64,000 bases of DNA from an uncultured Candidatus Rokubacteria bacterium (GTDB taxonomy: Bacteria > Methylomirabilota > Methylomirabilia > Rokubacteriales > CSP1-6), in the NCBI GenBank assembly GCA_963789955.1, contig CAWBMV010000001.1:1-64000 (forward strand), given 5' to 3'. The translations under genes and the position numbers were made by a program. Position 1 is the first letter of the stretch; every line of letters begins with the position of its first letter. Below are positions 19,736 to 30,455 of this stretch, piece by piece. The notes under the pieces are model-generated. The model made no database searches and was not told the DNA's origin. It saw nothing but the letters and a program-made list of their open reading frames with translations.

Positions 19736-19815
19736 TTGGCCCTGCTGCCGCGAAGCCCAATGGCTCTTCCCCCGGTCGGCCACACCGGTGTACACAGAAC
19801 TGGGGGAGGTCGCGT

Positions 19816-21850
19816 ATGAAAACCGAGCACCCGAGTGTCTGCCCGCTCGATTGCCCAGACACCTGCAGCCTGACCGTCACCGTCGAGGACGAGCGGATCG
19901 TCTCGATCAAGGGCTCGCGAGCGAATCCCTATACCGCGGGGGTGCTCTGCGCGAAGGTGCCGGAAGCGTATCCGGGCTTCGTCCACGGCGCCGGACGGCT
20001 CAAGACGCCGCTCCGACGGACGGGCGCCAAAGGTGAAGGACGTTTCGAGCGCATCTCCTGGGCCCAGGCGCTGGACATCGTCCACGAGCGCTTCACGGCC
20101 GTGATCGCCGCGCACGGCCCGCAGGCGATCCTGCCGCTGAACTACGCGGGCCCGCACGGCATGCTCGCCGGCGGCTCCATGGACCTGCGGTTCTTCCACC
20201 GGCTCGGCGCCAGCCTGCTCGATCGCCGTCCGCTCTGCGGCGGCATCCGCACCGAGGCGTGGGTCGGTACCTTCGGCCCGACGCCGGGCATCCGGCCGGA
20301 GCAGGCCGAGCACTCGAAGCTGATCGTGGCCTGGGGCAGCAACGTGACGTGGTCGAACTTGCATGTCGTGCCGATCATCAATCGCGCGCGGCGCGCCGGC
20401 GCCAAGCTCGTCATCGTGGACACGCGGCGCACGAAGATCGCCGAGCAGGCCGATCTGCACCTGGCGATCCGGCCGGGCACGGATGTCATCCTCGGCGTGG
20501 GCGATGGCCGCCGACCTCGAGCGGCAGGGCGGCCTCGATCGCGAGTTCATCGCGCGCCACGTGGACGGCTTCGAGGACTACATGGCGCTGGCGCGCCGCT
20601 ACACCCTGGCGGATGCGGCGCGGATCTGCGGCGTGGAGGAGCGCCTCGTGCAGCAGTTCGCCGAGTGGTACCGGACGATCAGCCCGGCGGTCATCACCGT
20701 CGGCAACGGGCTCGAGCGCAACAAGAACGGCGGCAGCGGCATCCGCGCGGTCTTCGCGCTGCCCGCGCTCGCCGGGAAGTTCGGCGTGCCCGGCGGCGGG
20801 CTGATCAACGGCGCCGGGTTCGCATTCCCGAAGACGCCGGCACGCCTGGCGCGCCCGGACTTCGTCCCGGCCGGCACGCGCCTGATCAACATCATCGACG
20901 TCGGCCGCCACCTGAACGACCCGACGATGTCGCCGCCGCTCAAGGCGCTCTTCATCTACAACCACAATCCGCTCGTCGTGCATCCCGAGCAGAACGTGCT
21001 GCGGCGGGGCCTCGAGCGCGAGGATCTCTTCGTCGTCGGCTCGGACGTGGTGATGACCGACAGTCTCGCCTACGCCGACGTGGTGCTGCCGGCCTGCAGC
21101 CACTTCGAGCACGCCGACCTCTTCGCGGCGTACGGCACACACTGGCTGCAACGCGCCGACCGGGTGATCCCGCCGCAGGGCGAGGCCTTGCCGAACACCG
21201 AGATCTTCCGCCGTCTGGCGGCGCGTTTCGGCTACGACGACCCCGCGCTTCGCGCCAGCGACGCCGAGCTGATGGACGACGCGCTGGACGGCGCCGACCC
21301 GCGCATGGGCGGCAAGCGGCCGAGCGCGATCCCGCTCGATCGCGCGACGCCGATGACCGTCGGCGGCGGCACCGAGGAAGCGATCCTGTTCAAGAACGTG
21401 TTCCCGAAGACGGCGTCGGGCAAGGTCGAGCTCGCGTCGCCCTATCTCGAAAGCAAGTACGGCGCGCGCCTGCCGAGCTGGCGGCCGGTCGCGTCGTCCT
21501 ATCCGCTGATGCTGATCTCCCCGGCTTCGGACCAGCGCATCACGTCGACCTTCGGCGGGCTCCACGTCGCTGACGGCCCGCCGCCGCTCGAGATGCACCC
21601 GGACGACGCGCGGGCGCGGAGCCTGCGCGACGGCATGCGGGTGCGCGTGTGGAACGACCTCGGCGAGGTGCGGCTGCCGCTGCGGGTCACCGACGTCATC
21701 CCGCGCGGCGTCGTCTGCACGCTCAAGGGCGCCTGGATGGCGACCAGCGACAACGGCCAGACCATCTCGGCGCTGTGCCCGGCCGACCACGCCGACATTT
21801 CCGAGGGCGCCTGCTACAACGACGCGCGCGTCGAAGTGGCGGCCCTCTGA
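19816..21850 (+). CDS. molybdopterin oxidoreductase, DMSO reductase superfamily (frameshift near 20495)
   Basis: CPLDCPDTC..C 4Fe-4S motif, FERISW.QA, IRPGTD, ADVVLPA, C-terminal Mo-bis-PGD binding domain. Confidence 0.9.
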
Positions 21851-21860
21851 GGACGAGACC

Positions 21861-22439
21861 ATGACTCCACCCGTCGATCCGAACGCGGTCCTGATGACCG
21901 GCGAGAACTCCTTCATCCGCCTGAGCCACGACGGCGGCAAAACGCAGTCGGACCGCTTCAGCCACTGGCGCGTGCTCTGGTGTCCGTCCGGCGCCGGCCA
22001 CGTGCTGTTCGCTCAGAGCGAGCTGACCTCGGGTCAGATGCGCATCTTCAGCGACAACGTCGCGGTGACGCGCTGGCTCCAGCGTACGATCGAGACGTTG
22101 CTGTTCCCCGCGTTCGCCGACACGAACATCCCGGTGATCACCGCCGAGTTCGGTCGCGCGGGCGATCCGCGCTCCACGGCGGTGGAGACCGTGACCTCCG
22201 GCGCCGACCACATCCGCCTGACCTGGTACGACTGCCTCGAGCCCTTCGTGCTCAACGCGCCGCCCGGCTTCAACAACCGCCCGATCGGCGTGTTCAGCAC
22301 GTTCTTCCCGGCGCGCTCGGCACAGGTCGAGTGGAACGGCCGCTTCGCGACCGGCCAGCCGTGGGCGGAGACGCGCGGTGATCGGCAGGCCTCGAGCGCG
22401 TGCCTGGCGTGGTCGGAGACGTGGGTGAAGCCGCGCTGA
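21861..22439 (+). CDS. conserved hypothetical beta-rich protein
   Basis: SD GAGGA, strong codon bias, 10 nt downstream of the Mo enzyme. Confidence 0.75.
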   Translation: MTPPVDPNAVLMTGENSFIRLSHDGGKTQSDRFSHWRVLWCPSGAGHVLFAQSELTSGQMRIFSDNVAVTRWLQRTIETLLFPAFADTNIPVITAEFGRAGDPRSTAVETVTSGADHIRLTWYDCLEPFVLNAPPGFNNRPIGVFSTFFPARSAQVEWNGRFATGQPWAETRGDRQASSACLAWSETWVKPR

Positions 22440-22672
22440 CCCGCGGTCGGACGGTCCTGTATCGAAAATTGGGCATTGACAGATTTCACGCGTGACGGCG
22501 TGAGTCGTCGACAATTCGCGGGCGGCGCTCAGCGCGCCGCTCCTGCACCGAGGCGTCGTCTCGGTAGCGCTCTTCTCGAGAATCTCGAGTTCGTCTCGAT
22601 CACCGCGCCGCGCGCCTTCCAGATCGCCCGAAAACGTCGGCGTAGAGTTTTCTCAGAACAAGGAGACGCTCT

Positions 22673-23994
22673 ATGCCAACGTCCTCGATCGACCAGCTGG
22701 GCGATGAAATCGCGGAGCTCTCCGCACACCTCGACGCCGCGACCGCGCGCCTGCTCGACCTGATTCGCGAGTTCGACGCGCGCGAAGGCTGGAATACCGG
22801 CTTCCGCTCCTGTGCCGCATGGCTGAGCTGGCGCGTGGGACTCGACCTGGGTGCGGCCCGGGAGCGCGTGCGAGTGGCGCGCGCGCTCCCAACGCTGCCG
22901 CTCTTCGCTCAGGCGCTCGCTCGCGGCGAGCTCTCGTACGCGAAGGTGCGAGCGCTGACGCGAGTGGCGACGCCGGAGACCGAAGAGCGCCTGCTGGCGG
23001 TGGCGCGCATCGGCACGGCCTGCCACGTCGAGCGGATCGTTCGCGGCTGGCGTCGAGTCGACCGATACGCCGAGGCGCGTGAAACCGCCCACCGGCACAA
23101 GAGCCGGGCCCTGCACGTGTATCAGGACGAAGACGGTATGTGGATTGTCCGCGGGCGTCTGACGCCTGAAGTCGGCGCTGTGCTCGTTCAGGCTCTGGAC
23201 GCGGGCCGGGAAGCGTTGTATCAGCAGCGTCGAACATTCAACGTCGACTCGACTCGCGAAGCCGGCTTCATCCCGCAGGACGTTTCCGCGGAAACGCCGA
23301 GCATGGAGCACCAGCGGGCCGACGCGCTGGCCCTCGTCGCAGAGACGGCTCTCCATCACGGCATCGATCCCGGGGCGCCGGGCGAGCGATACCAGGTGGT
23401 CGTTCACGTCGATGCTCCCGTTCTCGCTGATCCTGATCAGCCTGGCCAGAGCGTTCTGGATGACGGCACGCACGTTTCCGCGGAAACGTCTCGGCGCCTC
23501 GCGTGCGACGCGAGCCGCGTCGTGATGCAGCATGCTCGAGATGGCCGTGTCGTCGAGGTCGCCGCCCGAACGCGGACCATTCCGCCTGCGCTACGGCGTG
23601 CGCTCCAGCATCGAGACCACGGCTGTCGCTTTCCGGGCTGCGGAGTGCGCTTCGGCCAGGGTCATCACATTCGGCACTGGGCACAGGGAGGCCCGACAAC
23701 GCTCTCCAATCTCGCGTTGCTCTGTCGCCGGCATCACCGTGCGGTGCACGAGGAGGGATATCAGATCGAGCGGCAACCGGATGGCGAGCTGCAATTCCGT
23801 CGGCCTGACGGGACGCTTCTACCGACAGCCCCACCGTCGCCGAAGGTAAGCGAGGATGTCGTGGACCAGCTCCGAGCGCACCACGTGGCGCAAGGCCTTC
23901 ATCTGGACGGGCGGACCGCCAGCCGGGCTGGTTAGGCGAGCGTCTCAACGTCGGCTATGCGATCGACGTCTTGCATCCGCTTGCAACGGAATGA
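22673..23994 (+). mobile_element. DUF222 (13E12-repeat-like) + HNH endonuclease gene, putative selfish element (frameshift near 23921)
   Basis: RDHGCRFPGC..HHIRHW..GGPT..NL.LLCRRHHR.VH HNH motif; DUF222-type N-terminus; more A/T at third codon positions than its neighbours. Confidence 0.82.
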
Positions 23995-24048
23995 ACCAGC
24001 AAGAAACCGCTCGGCGCCGTCAAGCCACCGCGCGCTATCGTGGTCGAT

Positions 24049-24408
24049 ATGCCCCTCGCGACTCGAATCCGCATCATCGCGTGCCCGCCGGGCGAGGCTC
24101 CGCTGAATGTGCGGCTCGCCTGGGTCGGTCTGGAGCTCCCGCTCGCGCCCGGCCGCACCGGTCGCCAGCTCGCGATGACCTCGGGCGTGGTCTCCGCACC
24201 TCGCGGCCTGTGGCAGCGCATCGCCGCGCTCTTTCTCGCTCGCTACGGCGTGCAGACCGGCTACTCGGTGAACGCGCTCGAGGCCGTCAATCTCCTGCAG
24301 GCCAAGGACCCGGTTGCCGCCGCGTGGTGGCGCGAGCACTGCGGCCACCTGCTCGACGGCAAGCGGTGGTTCCTCTTCCCGACGGCCTCGTGCGAGGAGC
24401 GCCCCTGA
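24049..24408 (+). CDS. hypothetical protein
   Basis: Open frame; TATCGT box 7 nt before ATG 24049; PPGEAP..VR.AWVG motif. Confidence 0.7.
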   Translation: MPLATRIRIIACPPGEAPLNVRLAWVGLELPLAPGRTGRQLAMTSGVVSAPRGLWQRIAALFLARYGVQTGYSVNALEAVNLLQAKDPVAAAWWREHCGHLLDGKRWFLFPTASCEERP

Positions 24409-24411
24409 GCT

Positions 24412-25572
24412 CTACTTGTCGGCGAAGCGGATCGCCGCCGGGCCTCCCTTGACCCCGATGCGCACGCCGGTGTCCCGCAAGGTCGTCCCGTCCAGGCTCA
24501 GGATCTGAATCTCCTTCTCGACCATGTTCCCGACGAAGACGTGCTTGCCGTCGGGTGAGAACGCCGCGCCCTGCGACCAGTGCCCGATCGGGGCCTCGCC
24601 CAGGCGTGAGAGGTCGTTGCCGGTCACGCGCAGCAGCACGAGCTTGCCGGCGTCGTTGAAGAAGGGCGAATCCTTCGGCTTGTTGCTGCCGTTCATGACG
24701 ACCGCGGCCACCATCGAGCCGTCGGGCGAGATCTTGATGCCCTCGGGGGTCTGGCCGACGGTCAGCGTGCTGACGACGCGCGGCGGCTTCGCCTTCAGGT
24801 CGATGATGCTGACGGTATCGGCGTCACCGCCGCCGCGGCCGATGTTGGCGACGGCCGCGAACGCGCCGCTCGACGCGATGTCGATGCCGTAGGGCCGGAG
24901 ACCGGCCGAGATGTCGCGCTTCGTGTATTCCACCTTGGTGCCGTCGATCGAGAGGACGGAGATCCGGTCGTCGCCGTCGCGAGTCACCAGCGCCAGCTTG
25001 CCGTCGGGTGAGATCGCCGCGTGACTCGTGCCCGACTTGTCATCGGCGATCGTCACCTTCCCGGCGGCGGTTACGGTCTTGCCCTGGATGGCATAGACCG
25101 ACACGGTGCCCTCGCCGCGGTTGGCCACGAGCGCGAGGGTGCCGGCGCGATTGATCGAGACTCCGGCCGGGGCCTTGCCGGTCTCGAGCGTGGCGATGAT
25201 GCGCGGCGGCGTCGCCTTGAGATCCACGACCGACATCGTGTTGTTCGGGATCCGCTTGGTCGCGTCGCGCGGATCGAGCTTTTCGTTGGCGGTCACGAGC
25301 GCGATCGATTCGTCGGGCGCGACGGCCACGCTGAACGGCGGGCCGACGACGCTGCCCGGCACGGCGAGCTCGGCCACGACCTTCGGCGGCCAGCTCTTGG
25401 TGTCGATCACGGTCAACGTGTCGGGCGGCGGGTTCGTCACGACCGTCGCGACACCGTTGACGAGCGCGACCTTGTTGTCGTTGGTCGACAGGAGCAGCTG
25501 CGCGTGCGCGACGGGCACGAGAGCCAGAACCGCGAGCAGGGCGACGACGGTGGCGAGCCGCAGCGGATTCAT
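24412..25572 (-). CDS. secreted YVTN/YncE-type beta-propeller protein
   Basis: Signal peptide; repeated S.DG..ALV.N / TVS.IDL blades; SD GAGGAGG. Confidence 0.85.
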   Translation of the reverse strand: MNPLRLATVVALLAVLALVPVAHAQLLLSTNDNKVALVNGVATVVTNPPPDTLTVIDTKSWPPKVVAELAVPGSVVGPPFSVAVAPDESIALVTANEKLDPRDATKRIPNNTMSVVDLKATPPRIIATLETGKAPAGVSINRAGTLALVANRGEGTVSVYAIQGKTVTAAGKVTIADDKSGTSHAAISPDGKLALVTRDGDDRISVLSIDGTKVEYTKRDISAGLRPYGIDIASSGAFAAVANIGRGGGDADTVSIIDLKAKPPRVVSTLTVGQTPEGIKISPDGSMVAAVVMNGSNKPKDSPFFNDAGKLVLLRVTGNDLSRLGEAPIGHWSQGAAFSPDGKHVFVGNMVEKEIQILSLDGTTLRDTGVRIGVKGGPAAIRFADK

Positions 25573-25648
25573 AGAGCCTCCTCGGGATTGTGACGGCGGC
25601 GCATAGAAGATCAGGTTCGGTCCCGGAACGCAAGGTACACTGCAGCGC

Positions 25649-26668
25649 ATGACGCTCGATCATCCGTGGACGGAGCCGCCCGCGCCCGCCGACATCCGTG
25701 AAGTCGCTCCCGGCATTCACTGGCTGCGCATGCCGCTGCCGTTTCAGCTCAACCACATCAATCTGTGGCTCCTCGAGGACGGCGACGGCTGGACCATCGT
25801 CGACACCGGCGTCGGCCTCGACGACACGCGCGCCTTGTGGGAGCGCATCTTCGCCACCCACCTCGGCGGCCGGCCGGTGCGGCGCGTGCTCGTCACGCAC
25901 TTTCACCCCGATCACATGGGCAACGCCGGCTGGCTGACCGCGCGCTGGAAGACCGAGCTCTGGTGCACGCAGGCCGAGTGGCTCTACGCGCAGTTCGCCT
26001 GGCGCACTCGCGGCGCGGCCGACTTCGAGCCGCGTCTCGCGCACTTCCGCCGTCACGGCTGTGGTCCCGAGGCGCTCGTGCAGCTCGGGCGCCGCGGCAA
26101 CCACTATCCGAGCCTCGTGCCCGAGGTGTCGAGCGAGTTCCGGCGAATCAGCGAGGGCGATGCGATCACGATCGGGCGGCGGACGTTTCGCGTGCTGACC
26201 GTGCTCGGCCATGCGCCCGAGCACGCGTGTCTGTGGGACGAGGCCAACCGCGTGCTGATCTCCGGCGATCAGGTGCTGCCGAAGATCACGACCAACGTCA
26301 GCGTCTGGTCCGAGCAGCCCTGGCTCAATCCGCTGCGGCTGTATCTCGACTCGCTCCACCGCTTCGAGCCGATGGCGCCAGACACCCTGGTGCTGCCGTC
26401 GCACGGCTTACCGTTCCGCGGTCTCCACGCGCGTCTGGGCTATCTGCGCGACCACCACGCCGCGCGGCTCAACGAGTCGCTCGATGCGCTCGTGGAGCCG
26501 CGCACGGCGGCGGAGCTGGTGCCGGTGCTGTTCCGGCGCGAGCTCGACAGTCACCAGCTGAGCTTTGCGGTGGGCGAGGCGCTGGCGCATCTGCGCTTTC
26601 TGGAGGACGAGGGGCGCGCCGCCCGCGTCGTCGACTCCGACGGCGTGCACCGGTTCAGGAAGGCGTGA
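25649..26668 (+). CDS. MBL-fold metallo-hydrolase
   Basis: THFHPDHMG, GHAPEH, GDQVLP and PSHG motifs. Confidence 0.92.
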   Translation: MTLDHPWTEPPAPADIREVAPGIHWLRMPLPFQLNHINLWLLEDGDGWTIVDTGVGLDDTRALWERIFATHLGGRPVRRVLVTHFHPDHMGNAGWLTARWKTELWCTQAEWLYAQFAWRTRGAADFEPRLAHFRRHGCGPEALVQLGRRGNHYPSLVPEVSSEFRRISEGDAITIGRRTFRVLTVLGHAPEHACLWDEANRVLISGDQVLPKITTNVSVWSEQPWLNPLRLYLDSLHRFEPMAPDTLVLPSHGLPFRGLHARLGYLRDHHAARLNESLDALVEPRTAAELVPVLFRRELDSHQLSFAVGEALAHLRFLEDEGRAARVVDSDGVHRFRKA

Positions 26669-26696
26669 CCGCTCGGGACGCGGCGCGTCGACGCGT

Positions 26697-28297
26697 CTAC
26701 ACGTAGCCGAGGCCGCGATCTCGCTCGCTGAGAACTGAATCGCGCCGCGCCGGCGGGCCGTACCCGCCACCGCCCGGAGTCCGCACGAGCACGACGTCGC
26801 CGCGCTTGAGCACGTGCTGGCGACGGTTGTCGATCGAGACGCCGTTGATCTGCACGTCGCCGAGCCCGCCGTCGGCGCCGCCCGCGAAGCCCGGGGCCCG
26901 AACTTCGTGCGCTCCGCCATGAACGAGGCGACGATCGGCACGTCCGACTCGCACACGAAGACGATGTCCTGACCGAGCCCGCCGCGGAAGCGCCCGGCGC
27001 CGCCGGAGCCGGCGGTCAGGCGCTTCTCGCGGAAGAAGAGCGGGCTGTTGCGCTCGGCCACCTCGACCGGGGTCGACGAGATGTTGCTCGGCCAGGAGAG
27101 CACGTGCTCGCCGTCCTTGGTCGGCGTGGCGCCCATGCCGCCGTTGAAGAAGAAGATGTTCGTGTAGGGGCGGCCGTCCGCGCGAAGCCCCGTCTGCTGC
27201 ACGGCCCAGAGCGGCGAGCCCGCGCCCGCCATCACGCGATCCGGGATGACCTGGTGGAGCGCGCCGAAGAGCAGCACGGGGACGTAGTGGCCGGTGACGG
27301 CGCGGCTCACGACGGCGGCCGGAAAGCGCGGGTTGAGGAGCGAGCCCTCGGGCGCCGTGACGCGCATGGGTCGATACATGCCCTCGTTGTTGGCGAGGCC
27401 GGGGAGCAGCGCGCACTTGATCGCGTACGCGGTCATCGCGTACGTGTAGGCGAGCACGCAGTTGATCGCGCGCGGCTGCTGGGGCGAGGTGCCGGCGTAG
27501 TCGGCGGTGATCTCGTCGCCGGCGATCGTCAGCGCCACCCGGTAGTCGAGCGGCTCGTCGACGCCGTCGGTGCGCATCGCGTAGCGGTAGGTGCCGTCGG
27601 GTACCGCGCGGATCGCCGCGCGCATCGCGCGCTCGGCGCGCGTGAAGAGCTCGTCGCCGAGCTCGTCCAGGGTCTCGAGGCCGGCGGCGTCCATCAGCGC
27701 GAGCAGCCGCTTCTCCATCAGCTCGTTGGCGCCGACCTGCGCCCAGATGTCGCCCACGGTCTGATCGGGCGTGCGCACGTTGGCGCGGATCATCTCGATC
27801 AGCGTCTCGTCGGTGCGCCCCTCACGCATGAGCTTCATCAACGGGATGTGGATGCCCTCCTCGAACACCTCGCGCGCTTCGATGGCGCGCAGGCGGCCGC
27901 CGATGTCCGGCATGTGCGAGGTGGTCGCCGAGAAGGCGACGAGACGGCCGGCGCGGAAGATCGGCTTGAGGACGCACACGTCGCTCATGTGGCCGGTGCC
28001 CATCCACGCGTCGTTGGTGATGAGGACGTCGCCGGGCCGCATCGCGGCGGCGCCCATCGCGCGCAGGAAATGCCGGACGGTGGCGGGCAGGGTGCCGATG
28101 AACGACGGGATGCTGCCGCTGTTCTGCGCCAGCGAGTAGCCGCGGGCATCGGTGAGCATGCAGGCGAAGTCGTTCGCCTCGTTCGAGAGTGTCGAGAACG
28201 ACGTGCGCACGATCGCCTTCGCGGCCTCGTCGACCACCGAGATCAGGCGCGTCCACAGCACCTCGAGCGTGATCGCGTCGAACCGCGGCGGCTTCAT
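26697..28297 (-). CDS. hydantoinase B/5-oxoprolinase subunit (frameshift near 26895)
   Basis: PGDVLITND..GTGH..D, H.PDIGG, SGGAGRFRGG, TPGGGGYG motifs. Confidence 0.9.
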
Positions 28298-30388
28298 GAG
28301 TCGAGGCTCACGACGATATTGCCGGTCGCGGCCACGGCGAAGCGCCGACCGCGGCGGGACGACCAGGGTCGAGCCTTCTTCTTCGATCACCGCCGGTCCG
28401 GGGAACTGGTCGCCGACGGCGAGGCGCATCCGGTCGTACACGGTCGTGTCGACGAATCCGTTCGCCTCGGGGAACCAGACTGGGCGCCGGCCCTTGACGG
28501 GCGAGTCGCCCCGGCGCGAGCGTCCCTGCAGGACGACCTCGCTTCCCGAGACGGGCGCGCGGACGGCGACCCGGATGTTGATGAACTCGACCGGGACGTC
28601 CGGGGGTGTGAGCGAGAACTTCTCGCGGTACGCCGCCTCGAAGGCCGACGTGAGCGCGCGTCGCACGGCCTCGGCGTCGCGGCCGTCGTAGGGGCCGTCG
28701 GGCAAGTCGACGACGAGGTCGAAGCCCTGGCCGAGAAAGCGACCGTCGGCCAGCCGCTGGAAGCGCGCCGTCTCGAGCTTGAGGCCCGTGTCGCCCATGA
28801 CGGCGCGCGCTTCGTCCTCGAGCGAGCGGAACGCCGTCTCGAGCGCGCCGAGATCTCCGCGATCCAGCCGGATCCCGACCGTCGCGACGCGGTCGACGCG
28901 GGCCGGCGCCACGAGCAGACCGAGCGCGGAGGCGACGCCGGCCGAGGGCGGACAGATCACGCGGCTCAGGCCCAGCTTGCGCGCGACGTGACAGGCGTGG
29001 ACCGGCCCGGCGCCTCCGGTGCAGAGAAGCGCATAGTCGCGCGGATCGCGCCCGCGCTCGGCGATGTGCACGCGGGCGGCGCTCGCCATGCTCTCGTTGA
29101 CGATGTCGTGGATGCCCCACGCGACCGAGATCAGCGGCAGGCGTATCGTCCCCGCGAGCCGGGTCAGCGCGGCTCGCGCGGCCTCGACGTCGATCGCGAT
29201 CGTGCCGCCGGCGAAGTAGTCGGGATTCAGATAGCCGAGCAGGAGATCGGCGTCGGTCACCGTCGGTTCCGTGCCGCCGAGCCCGTAGCAGGCGGGGCCG
29301 GGCTGGGAGCCGGCGCTGCGCGGGCCGACCTTGAGCAGGCCGATCTCGTCGACGTGCGCGATCGATCCGCCGCCGGCGCCGATCTCGATGAGCTCGATGG
29401 TCGAGATGCGGATCGGCAGGCCGCTGCCTTCGATGAACCGCTTCTGGCGCGCCGCCTCGAAGCTGTAGGCGGTGCGCGGCTCGCCGCCGTCGACGAGCGA
29501 GAGCTTGGCGGTGGTGCCGCCCATGTCGAACGCCAGGAGATCGCCGCCGCTGTCGGCGCGCCCGAAGAAGGCCGCGGCGATCGCACCGGCGGCGGGGCCG
29601 GACTCGAGCATCTGCACGGGAGCCCGCTGGGCCTCGGCCACGTGGGTCAGGCCGCCGCTCGAGAGCATGAGCAGCAGCGGCGCCGGGATTTTCGCCTCGG
29701 CGAGCTGTCGCGCCATGCGACCGAGATACTGGTGGGCCAGCGGCTTGATGTACGCGTTCGCGACCGTCGTCGACGCCCGCTCGAACTCGCGGATCTCGGG
29801 GGCGACCTCGTGCGACGCGGTCGTGAAGATCTCCGGGTGACGCGCGGCGATGAGCCGTACCGCCTCGGCCTCGTGGCTCGGGTTCGCATAGGCGTGGAGG
29901 AACATGACCGCGATCGAGCCCACACCGCCCGCGGCGAGGCGCTCGACGGACGCCGCGAGCTGATCGCCGTCGAGCGGCCGGCGGACCGTGCCGTCGGCGC
30001 TCATGCGCTCGGCGACTTCCAGGCGCCGATGGCGCGGCACCAGCGGCTCGGGCTTGGCGATGTTGAGGTCGTAGAGCTCGAACTTCCGCTCCCGCCCGAT
30101 CTCGAGCGTGTCGCCGAAGCCGGCCGTCGTGATGAGGCCGGCGACGGCGCCCTTGCGCTCGATGAGCGCGTTGGTGAAGAGCGTCGTCGCGTGCACGACG
30201 CGGGTGAAATGTCGCGGCTCGAGCGCGCCGTCGCTCAGGATCGCGCCGACCCCGGTCACGACCGCGCGAACCGGATCGTCGTGGGTCGTCAGCACCTTGC
30301 GGCTCCACTGCCGGCCGGTGTCGTGGTCGTACACCACGACGTCGGTGAACGTGCCGCCGATGTCGATGCCGAGCGAGTAACTGGGCAT
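28294..30388 (-). CDS. hydantoinase A/5-oxoprolinase ATP-binding subunit (frameshift near 28345)
   Basis: GIDIGGTFTD, SGPAAG, DMGGTT, GAGGGSIA motifs; restored stop overlaps the B-subunit ATG (ATGA). Confidence 0.9.
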
Positions 30389-30417
30389 GAGTTTCCAGGC
30401 GACCCTACCACGACTCC

Positions 30418-30446
30418 TTGACCGCGTGCGGGCTTGGGCCTAGGGT
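30418..30446 (+). promoter_or_regulatory. sigma70-type promoter of the SDR operon
   Basis: TTGACC-N17-TAGGGT, ending 9 nt before ATG 30456. Confidence 0.55.
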
Positions 30447-30455
30447 GAGGGGCCG

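Noticed and set aside
26408..30388. 1326-aa fused hydantoinase A-B ORF
   Set aside because: Restoring the indel near 28345 gives A its own stop overlapping the ATG of B (ATGA at 28294-28297), so the fusion is an artefact.
27104..30421. Very long antisense or alternative-frame ORFs (also 9025-11301, 39145-42384, 53752-56697)
   Set aside because: Shadow ORFs expected in high-GC DNA; Arg/Ala/Gly-rich, motif-free and overlapping well-supported genes.
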